Below are positions 1-6,717 of a DNA stretch of 14,307 nt, in pieces. The position numbers and the translations under genes were made by a program. Source of the stretch: Planctomycetota bacterium (lineage in GTDB: Bacteria; Planctomycetota; PLA2; JAEUHO01); NCBI GenBank assembly GCA_965223505.1, contig CBDCWP010000025.1, positions 1 through 14,307 of the forward strand, read 5' to 3'. Numbering within the stretch: position 1 is the stretch's first letter; the number at the start of each line of letters is the position of its first letter. The notes under the pieces are model-generated. The model was given only the letters and a program-made list of their open reading frames with translations. It did not search any database and was not told where the DNA came from.

Positions 1-276
1 GAGCGTCGGGTAGATCGCCTGGTCGCCGTGCGGGTGGTAGTTACCCATCGTCTCGCCGACGACCTTCGCGCACTTCAGCGTCTTACGGGTCGGCGAGAGG
101 TTCAGGTCGTTCATCGCCACGAGAATGCGGCGCTGGCTCGGCTTGAGGCCGTCGCGCACGTCGGGCAACGCGCGATCGACGATCACACTCATCGCGTACT
201 TCAGGTACGACTGACGCAACTCCGTTGCGATGTCCAGATCGTGAATGCGTTCGCGAAGTTCGGTTTCCGCTGCCAT
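1..276 (-). CDS. gyrA: DNA gyrase subunit A, N-terminal 92 codons (continues beyond the window start)
   Basis: Absent from the ORF track. Manual translation from the ATG at 276 gives [92 protein letters not shown], with the canonical [24 protein letters not shown] and YHPHGD motifs. ParC cannot be formally excluded from this fragment. Confidence 0.93.
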   Translation of the reverse strand, partial: MAAETELRERIHDLDIATELRQSYLKYAMSVIVDRALPDVRDGLKPSQRRILVAMNDLNLSPTRKTLKCAKVVGETMGNYHPHGDQAIYPTL

Positions 277-592
277 TCGATCCGCTTCCCGTGGCGACGA
301 GCCGTACGTTGCACGCGCATGCGTGCGCCGTTTCTCGTGCGTTTCGTACCCTCTCGTCGCGTGGTGCGAACGCCCCCTCGGGCCGCTCGCTTCGTGCGCC
401 TCGCTGATCCGACGTAAACCCCTGAAAATCCTAGTGGTTATGGATCGAGTCGAGGACGCCCCATGTTACCCCGGCCCCCCCCCGGATCCGACCGGATTCA
501 AGGGTGGTTCCGCGCCCGAATTTCGGCCGGCCGACGGGCCGACTAAGGTGGTCGAACGTCGTCTCATTCCGGGATCGACCGGGGCCCTTCTC

Positions 593-1757
593 ATGCCGCA
601 CACATCGCTTGGGACCGCCCCTCGGAGACGCCGTTTCACAAGCCGTTTGGCAGCCGTACTTTGCGTCTTTGGGGTGCTCATGGCGGGCGGATGCGGCGAC
701 CCCGTCGTCGGCGGAAAGGGCCAGCTCGGCAAGCGCCATCTGCACGTGCACGGGACCCCGTACGAGATGGGCTGGTGGCACGGGAAGCTCCTGCGAGGGC
801 GGATTCGGGACCCTCCACGAGCGCTGGCAACGGCGTGCGTACGCGGCGGCGGCCGGCGCCCAGGCGGGCGACGACGGCGGCATCGTCGCGCAGCTACGGC
901 GAGACGTCGCGCTGTTCACGGATCAGTCGATCGATCGCCTTCCGGAGCGCGCGCTGCAAGAGCTGGCGGGCATGTCCGCCGCTTGCGGCGTCGCCGAGTC
1001 CGACCTGCTCGCACTCAGCGTCATGCGCGACGGCCTGCGCATTCGCGCGGACGCGGGACCGGGGTTGCCGGGACTCGTCGCCGCCGCGAAGGGACCGCAA
1101 GCCCTTGCCCGGCTCGTCGGATCCGATGCCGTCACGCTCGAGAACGAGTGGCTGTTGATTCACCGGCATCCCACCGGCGGGGTCGCAACGGTCGTTCTGA
1201 CGTGGCCCGGCAGCCTCGGCGGCGTTGCGGGGCTCTCGAACGCGGTCGGCTTCGTCTCGGCCGACGTGGAGGTGGACGTCCGCCGGCGCGGCTTCGGCAA
1301 GGGGATTGCGTTCGATGTGGCGGCGCGACTGGCGCTCGAGGAGAGCACCACAGCCGAGGAGTTCTTCGCAAAGGGCTCCGCGACCGCGGGACACGCGATC
1401 TTCGCGGTCAACTTCGCACCGGACGAGGACGAGCTCGACGCCGTCGCGATGGGCTCCGTCGAGGCCTACGTCTCCATCGACGACCGTCCGTTCTATCTGA
1501 GCGAGCGCGACTTCATCGCCATGCCCCCGTATCCGCGAGCCGACGATCCGAAACGGCGCGCGTTCTTCAAGCGCATGCGCACGTCGACGGGATCCGCCGA
1601 GAAACGGTTCGATTCGCTATGGTCGTCTTCCCGGGACGCGTTCGCGTCAACCGCTCCCGGTCTCTACATCGTGGTCGGCGACGACGCCGGCGAGCGCGCG
1701 ATCGCCTGCACGTCGTCGGACGGAACGAGCTTCGGCCACGTGTCGAGCGGGCTCTAG
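593..1757 (+). pseudogene. Frameshifted lipoprotein resembling peptidase C45 / acyl-CoA:6-APA acyltransferase (Ntn hydrolase) family; either a pseudogene or a sequencing indel
   Basis: The ATG at 593 opens a signal peptide with lipobox-like LMAGG-C (Cys34), then HVHGTPYEMGWWHGKLLRGRIR, a C45-type N-terminal motif. Coding continues in another frame from about 810 (TLHERWQRRAY...LQELAGMSAACGV...WPGSLGGVAGLS) to TAG at 1755-1757. Removing one base at about 806-809 (CGGG) gives a single 387-aa ORF. Confidence 0.65.
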
Positions 1758-1789
1758 GTTCCCGGGGTCTCGGTTCGCGGACCCTGCGC

Positions 1790-3796
1790 TCACTGCGTCG
1801 CGAGCCAGTCGAGCTCGCGCTGCGCGTCCGCGCGCAGCTCCTTCCACTCGGGGTGCTCGTTCTTGCTGGTCGTGAGCTGGCTGAGCATGGCGCGCGCCAG
1901 ATCGTGCTCACCGCCCCGTCCCAGGATCGTCGCCTCCAGGAGCCGCACACGCTCGCGGACGATGCGATCTTCGTCCATGCGTTCCAGCTCGGCCATCATC
2001 AGGGGGTAGCGGCTCGGGGTCTCGGTCTGTTCCAGGTAGCGGCGCGCATCCGCGAACCGGCCGTCGATCGCCGCGATGCGGCCCAGCTCGATGCGAATCT
2101 TGAACTGCAGCCGCTCGTCGCGCGCCGAGAGATCTTCCTCGCCGATGAGCTCGAGCGACCGTTCGAAGTAGGTGCGCGCCTGCTTGCCGTCCCACAGGCC
2201 GTGCCAGGCCGTGTCCCCGGCGGCGAACCAGGATTCGATCGCGAGGGCCTCCGCGCGAATGCCCGGTGCGTCTTCCACGCGGCGCGCCGATTCGAGGAAT
2301 CCGTCCAGCGCCGCCTGCCAACGCTTCTGCTCGCTCGCATCGCCTTCTTCGCGCAGCCGCAGCGCCTCTTCGTATGCGTCGACGGCCTCACGGAGCTCGA
2401 TGGTGGAGCGGGCGACGGCGACCTCCGTCGGAAACTGGAGCACGGTCGCGCCGACGGCGATCACGACCAGCGCGGCGACGCCCCAGTTGAAGCTGCGTCG
2501 ATTGCGCGCATAGGCCTCGCGCACCGCCGGATCGGTGCCGTGCGAGGCGAGGAACGTCATACGCTCCTCGATCGTGCCGTGACGGTGGCTGTAGGACCGA
2601 CCGGAGATGCGCCGCACCCGGTCGAGCGCGCGGATCATGAGCGCAACGCCGCGGGGCATGGTCGTCTCGAGCCCGGGCACGGGCACCGGCGGCGCATCCG
2701 GTTCCAGGATCGTCGCGTTCTCGCCGCCGTACACGTCGGCCTCGCGCTCGAACCGGCGCGAGACCCACCCGAGCAGCACGAACCAGAGCAGCGCGAGCTG
2801 CAGCAGGACCAGGATCTCCGGCCCGATGCCGATCGCCGCCATCGGTTCGGTGATCGCGTGGAAGACGAGCGAGATGCAGAAGAAGAGCAGCAGGAACTGC
2901 CCGATGTGATTGCGTTTCGCGTGGCCCGCCTCGTGGAAGAAGACCGCCAGCAGCTCGTCGTCCGGGAGCTGGTCGACGAGCCCCTCGGTCAGGAAGATGC
3001 GGCGCGTGCGCGGCGTGAATCCGACGACCATCGCGTTCGGCGCCGGCGTCTTCCAGAGCAGGATGTCGCCGTACTTGAGCTTGATCCGCTCCGCTGCGCG
3101 CTCGAGCATCGCACGCAACGGACCGTCCGGAAGCGGCTGGGCCTTCAGCATGCGCGCGAAGATGCGCGGCACGAACGGTAGCGCACCCAACACGATCGCG
3201 AACGTGACGAACACGTTCAGCAGCGGCATCGCCTCGATCCAGGCCGCGGCGACGCGCAGTGGCGTGACTCCGAGGGCGCCGCCGACCCAGAGGGCTTCGA
3301 ACGCGCCGACGATGACGAACATCGGCGCCAGGACGATGCTGTTGCGGCGCAGCCCGGCGCGCACGCCGCGCCAGAACGTGGGCCGCGGCGCCACGCCGCC
3401 CTTGTGCAGGATGATGCGCGCCTCGAGACGCGCGAGCCCCGCCCAGGCGGTGCAGAACATGACCATGGCGGGCATGAAGACGACCACGTACCGCCCCAGC
3501 CAGGCGATGCGCGGGACGTACGCGTGGACGAGCGCGCCCCAATCGAACACCGCGATCGCGAGCAGCCAGCCGATCAGGGCCCAGCTCATGGTCCAGCGCA
3601 GCGCCGCCTCGGCCAACGCCATCGCGTTGTCCTCGACGGCTTGCATGCCGCGCTGCGTGGACCAGCGGCTGAGCAGCGTGAAGACCACCGTGCAGACGAC
3701 CGTCCCGGCAAACGCGAAGACCGGGTCGCTCGGCGGCTGCGTGTAGTTGCCGAGTCCGATCAGCAGCGCGATGAGGACGGAGAAGTGGGGGAGCAA
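1790..3796 (-). CDS. M48-family (HtpX/Ste24-like) integral membrane zinc metalloprotease with C-terminal helical, TPR-like extension
   Basis: 668-aa ORF with many TM segments, PNAMVVG, ELLAVFFHEAGH (HExxH), SRRFEREAD (third Zn ligand) and HGTIEERM (HP..ER-like). After the last TM there is an Ala/Glu/Arg-rich helical region. The TTG start is uncertain. Confidence 0.88.
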   Translation of the reverse strand: MLPHFSVLIALLIGLGNYTQPPSDPVFAFAGTVVCTVVFTLLSRWSTQRGMQAVEDNAMALAEAALRWTMSWALIGWLLAIAVFDWGALVHAYVPRIAWLGRYVVVFMPAMVMFCTAWAGLARLEARIILHKGGVAPRPTFWRGVRAGLRRNSIVLAPMFVIVGAFEALWVGGALGVTPLRVAAAWIEAMPLLNVFVTFAIVLGALPFVPRIFARMLKAQPLPDGPLRAMLERAAERIKLKYGDILLWKTPAPNAMVVGFTPRTRRIFLTEGLVDQLPDDELLAVFFHEAGHAKRNHIGQFLLLFFCISLVFHAITEPMAAIGIGPEILVLLQLALLWFVLLGWVSRRFEREADVYGGENATILEPDAPPVPVPGLETTMPRGVALMIRALDRVRRISGRSYSHRHGTIEERMTFLASHGTDPAVREAYARNRRSFNWGVAALVVIAVGATVLQFPTEVAVARSTIELREAVDAYEEALRLREEGDASEQKRWQAALDGFLESARRVEDAPGIRAEALAIESWFAAGDTAWHGLWDGKQARTYFERSLELIGEEDLSARDERLQFKIRIELGRIAAIDGRFADARRYLEQTETPSRYPLMMAELERMDEDRIVRERVRLLEATILGRGGEHDLARAMLSQLTTSKNEHPEWKELRADAQRELDWLATQ

Positions 3797-4014
3797 GGTC
3801 CTGTGCCGTTCGCAATGCGGGGGGTGACGCAGGGTACGCCCGTGATCCGCGGTCCGCAGGGAAAGGCGGGGGGAACTGGTGACGGAGTTGCCGCCTGCCG
3901 ATCGTCCGCGCGGCGCCGCGCTGTGCAGGCGGCCCGTCCGGTGTACCTTCCTGCATTGCTACGCTGGGTCGAGCGCTCCCTTCAGGAGCGCGCAGGCCCG
4001 TCAGGAGGAGCGCC

Positions 4015-5088
4015 ATGCGCCCGACACGGCTGTCGATCACTCCGAAGGGCTGTCTGGCCCTGCTCGCGATCTGTGCGTTCGCGTGCCTCCCGGCCCTTGC
4101 CGGCCCCGAAGACGAGAAGCCGGATGAGCCCAAGGCGCCGCCCGGCCCCACGTACACCAACAAACCGGCCGGCATCACGGCGTCGGGGCCGTCGGGTTGG
4201 AAGATGGTGGCCGACAAGGCGACGGTCACCGAGTGGACGCGCCTCGCCACGTTTTACGATCCGGTCACCGACGCCGACGCCGTGCTGAGCACGCGCAAGC
4301 GCGCACACGCGTCGCTCAATCAGCTGTTGGCGTCGGTGCGCAAGGACTGGGCGAAGACGCCCGCGCTGACCGTGACGAGCATGCGCACCATGGCGCCGAC
4401 GGGCCTGCAGCCGAATTCGACGGTGGTCGTGGACGCGACGTTCCTGCACCGGCCGAAGCCCAAGGGCGCCGAGCCGCCGCCGCCCGCCGTGACGTACCGC
4501 GTGAGCGCGACGTACTTCCTCGCGCCGCGCGCGGAGTTCCTGCTCTACGCGAAGGCCCAGGCGACGCACTGGTCGCGCGTCCGCAGCAAGCTCACGGAGC
4601 TCGCGCGATCGATCAAGATCGAGGGCGCCGGCGCGAACAAGGTGCAGGGCGAAGGCGCGTACCGCGACGAGTCGCGCGGGTTCGCCTGCCGCTACCCGAG
4701 CGGGTACACGGTCGTGCTGCCGCAACGCAAGAAGCACATCGTGCGCTTCGAGGGACTGTCGAAGGAAGACCCGATCCTGGACGTGTACACGTTCCGCTGG
4801 GACCAGCCGGTCGACAAGGACGTGCAGCGGCTGATCGAGTACTACCGCGGTGAGCTGGGCGGCGAGACGGAGCAACAGTCGACGGAGGTCGGCGGTCGTC
4901 CCGCGCAGCTCTTGACGGCCCGCGCGGAGATGAACGGCGAGCCGATGACGTTCCTGCTCGCCATCGTCAAGCGCGGTAGCGAGTTGTTCCGCCTCAAGGT
5001 GACGGTGACGCGCGACGCGGAAGGCAACGGCCGCGCGACGTTCATGAAGTTCCTGCGCGAGTTCAAGCTGGGGCCGGCGCCCCGTTAG
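4015..5088 (+). CDS. Secreted hypothetical protein, probably two tandem PsbP/Mog1/DcrB-like domains
   Basis: 357-aa ORF with signal peptide (LALLAICAFACLPALA) and AGGAGG RBS upstream. Two similar domain starts: YTNKPAGITASGPSGWKMV and YRDESRGFACRYPSGYTVV. Strong GC3 codon bias. Confidence 0.7.
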   Translation: MRPTRLSITPKGCLALLAICAFACLPALAGPEDEKPDEPKAPPGPTYTNKPAGITASGPSGWKMVADKATVTEWTRLATFYDPVTDADAVLSTRKRAHASLNQLLASVRKDWAKTPALTVTSMRTMAPTGLQPNSTVVVDATFLHRPKPKGAEPPPPAVTYRVSATYFLAPRAEFLLYAKAQATHWSRVRSKLTELARSIKIEGAGANKVQGEGAYRDESRGFACRYPSGYTVVLPQRKKHIVRFEGLSKEDPILDVYTFRWDQPVDKDVQRLIEYYRGELGGETEQQSTEVGGRPAQLLTARAEMNGEPMTFLLAIVKRGSELFRLKVTVTRDAEGNGRATFMKFLREFKLGPAPR

Positions 5089-5133
5089 GCCGCACGCGCA
5101 GCAAGAGGATCGTCGGGCGCCGCAGCGGCCGTC

Positions 5134-5508
5134 CTAGTGCTTGCCGCTCTCGCTCTCGCCGACAACGCCCTTGCCGGCGTCCTTGAGCGCCGCGCGCAGC
5201 TTTTCGATCATGGCGGGCACGTCGGCCTCGTTCACGACCGTCACGCCGACCTTGGCCTCCGACGGGTTCTTGCTCGTCTGGCTGTAGATGAGCTTCTTGC
5301 CGTCCTTCTCTGCGATTCCTTCGATTGCTTCGAGCCTGCCGAGAACCCCGGCTTCGCAGCCGCTTCAGTCGTAGGGCGAGGGGGTGAACTCGATCACCTT
5401 GCCGTGGACGCGCCAGGGCTCGGTGACGGTCGCGTCCGACGGTTTGTCGCCGCAGGCGCCGAGCGCCAGGGCGACGAGGAGCAGGGAGAGGGTCGTGCGG
5501 GTCTTCAT
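5134..5508 (-). CDS. Putative selenocysteine-containing lipoprotein with HMA-like (CopZ/MerP-type) domain and UxxC motif, 124 aa
   Basis: ATG at 5508 gives MKTRTTLSLLLVALALGAC (lipobox Cys19)...KVIEFTPSPYD-[TGA 5367-5365]-SGCEAGVLGRLEAIEGIAEKDGKKLIYSQTSKNPSEAKVGVTVVNEADVPAMIEKLRAALKDAGKGVVGESESGKH, ending at TAG 5136-5134. The frame stays open for 76 codons after the TGA. The TGA occupies the first Cys position of the HMA CxxC motif, and a SECIS-like hairpin follows. Confidence 0.8.
5338..5367 (-). promoter_or_regulatory. Candidate bacterial SECIS element following the in-frame UGA
   Basis: The mRNA reads UGA-AGCGGCUGCGAA (12 nt)-GCCGG-GGUUC-UCGGC, a GC-rich stem with a G/GU-containing apical loop (hairpin at 5352..5338). 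Spacing and loop resemble the E. coli fdhF SECIS arrangement. Confidence 0.65.
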
Positions 5509-5567
5509 GCGGCGGAGTGTCCCACGCGTTCGGGCCCGGGCCACCTTCCCCTCGGTCCCGAACCGGC

Positions 5568-5611
5568 TTGAACAGACGTTCAAATCCGGCTAGATTTGAA
5601 CCGTGGTTCAA
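5568..5611. promoter_or_regulatory. Twin palindromic TetR operators TTGAAC-N4-GTTCAA overlapping a sigma70-like promoter
   Basis: TTGAACagacGTTCAA at 5568-5583 and TTGAACcgtgGTTCAA at 5596-5611. A -35 TTGAAC (5568-5573), 17-bp spacer and -10 TAGATT (5591-5596) lie 6 nt before the tetR GTG at 5603. Confidence 0.75.
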
Positions 5612-6214
5612 CCCGACCCGTCCCGCCCGTCCGAGGACCGCCGCACGCAGATCCTGCGCGAGGCGGCGTCCGTGTTCCGCCAGAAGGGCTATCACGGCGC
5701 CGGCATGCGCGAGATCGCCGCCGGCCTCGGCATCGCGCCCGGCGCCCTTTACTACTACTTCGAGAGCAAGGAGGACCTGCTCTACGGCTGCCAGGACATC
5801 TCGCTGAACCGGCTCATCAGCGTCGGCGAGCGGCTGGCGGCGTCCGACGCACCGGCGGACGAGCGGCTGCGACGACTCATCGCGGCGCATCTCGATCTCA
5901 CGCTCGACGAGCTCGGCGGCAGCGCCGCGCACGTCGAGTTCCACGCGCTGCCCGAGGAGCGGCTGCGCAAGATCGTGGCGAAGCGCGATCACTACGAGTC
6001 CCTGATTCGCAGGGTGCTGCAAGACGGCGTCGACGCGTGCGTCTTCCGTCCGATCGACGTGAAGCTCACCTCGTTGGCCTTGCTGGGAATGCTCAACTGG
6101 ACGGTGGTCTGGTGGAAGCCGGAGGGACCCTGGGCCGCCCAGGATCTCGTCGCGCGCTTCACGGACATCTTCCTCGACGGACTGCGTGTTCGAGCGCAGA
6201 AGGAGACGTCATGA
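5603..6214 (+). CDS. TetR/AcrR family transcriptional regulator with KstR2/PaaR-like C-terminal domain
   Basis: 203 aa with HTH ILREAASVFRQKGYHGAGMREIAAGLGIAPGALYYYFESKEDLL and C-terminus LQDGVDACVFRPIDVKLTSLALLGMLNWTVVWWKPEG. The stop overlaps the next ATG (ATGA). Confidence 0.93.
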   Translation: MVQPDPSRPSEDRRTQILREAASVFRQKGYHGAGMREIAAGLGIAPGALYYYFESKEDLLYGCQDISLNRLISVGERLAASDAPADERLRRLIAAHLDLTLDELGGSAAHVEFHALPEERLRKIVAKRDHYESLIRRVLQDGVDACVFRPIDVKLTSLALLGMLNWTVVWWKPEGPWAAQDLVARFTDIFLDGLRVRAQKETS

Positions 6215-6717
6215 CGTCGACCCGAACGATGGACAAGGTGCACATGCGCCTGCACGTGAACGGCGAAGAGCACGAGGTGGCGTTCGCGCCGCACAAGACG
6301 TTGCTCGAGGTGCTGCGCGAGGACATGCAGCTCACCGGAACGAAGCACGGATGCGAGCTCGGCGAGTGCGGCACGTGCACGGTTCTGATGGACGGCGAGC
6401 CCGTGCTGTCCTGTCTCGTGCTGGGCCTCGAGTCCGACGGCCGCGAGATCGAGACCGTCGAGGGCATGGCGGGCGCGACCGGCGCGCATCCGCTGCAGAC
6501 GAAGTTCGCGGACCTGGGCGCCGCACAGTGCGGCTACTGCACGCCGGGGTTCCTGCTGACGGCGCAGGCGCTCTTGCGCGACGACGACAATCCCTCGCGC
6601 GAACGCATCAAGGAGGAGCTGTCCGGCAACCTCTGCCGCTGCACCGGCTACTTGAAGATCTACGAGGCCGTCGAGGAAGCCGCCGAGGAGCTGCGCAACA
6701 ACGGGGGTGTGCGATGA
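6211..6717 (+). CDS. Molybdenum hydroxylase small 2x[2Fe-2S] subunit (HcrC/CoxS-like), 168 aa
   Basis: AAGGAG RBS and ATG at 6211. Motifs TGTKHGCELGECGTCTV...SC and QCGYCTPG...GNLCRCTGY. Confidence 0.95.
   Translation: MTSTRTMDKVHMRLHVNGEEHEVAFAPHKTLLEVLREDMQLTGTKHGCELGECGTCTVLMDGEPVLSCLVLGLESDGREIETVEGMAGATGAHPLQTKFADLGAAQCGYCTPGFLLTAQALLRDDDNPSRERIKEELSGNLCRCTGYLKIYEAVEEAAEELRNNGGVR

Noticed and set aside
475..483. C9 homopolymer upstream of the lipoprotein gene as a phase-variation tract
   Set aside because: No clearly identifiable promoter elements flank it, and such a run is not strong evidence in GC-rich DNA.
245..3181. 978-aa + strand ORF
   Set aside because: Only 593-808 looks coding (the lipoprotein N-terminus). 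The rest is Arg-rich off-frame sequence and the antisense shadow of the M48 gene.
2388..4250. 620-aa - strand ORF
   Set aside because: Low-complexity Arg/Ala/Gly alternative frame overlapping the M48 gene; typical high-GC artefact.
5137..5571. 144-aa + strand ORF
   Set aside because: Codon-aligned antisense shadow of the candidate selenoprotein gene, with no recognisable motif or RBS.
5365..5583. 72-aa - strand ORF as a complete gene
   Set aside because: The signal peptide places the start at 5508, and TGA 5367-5365 is better explained as Sec than as a stop.
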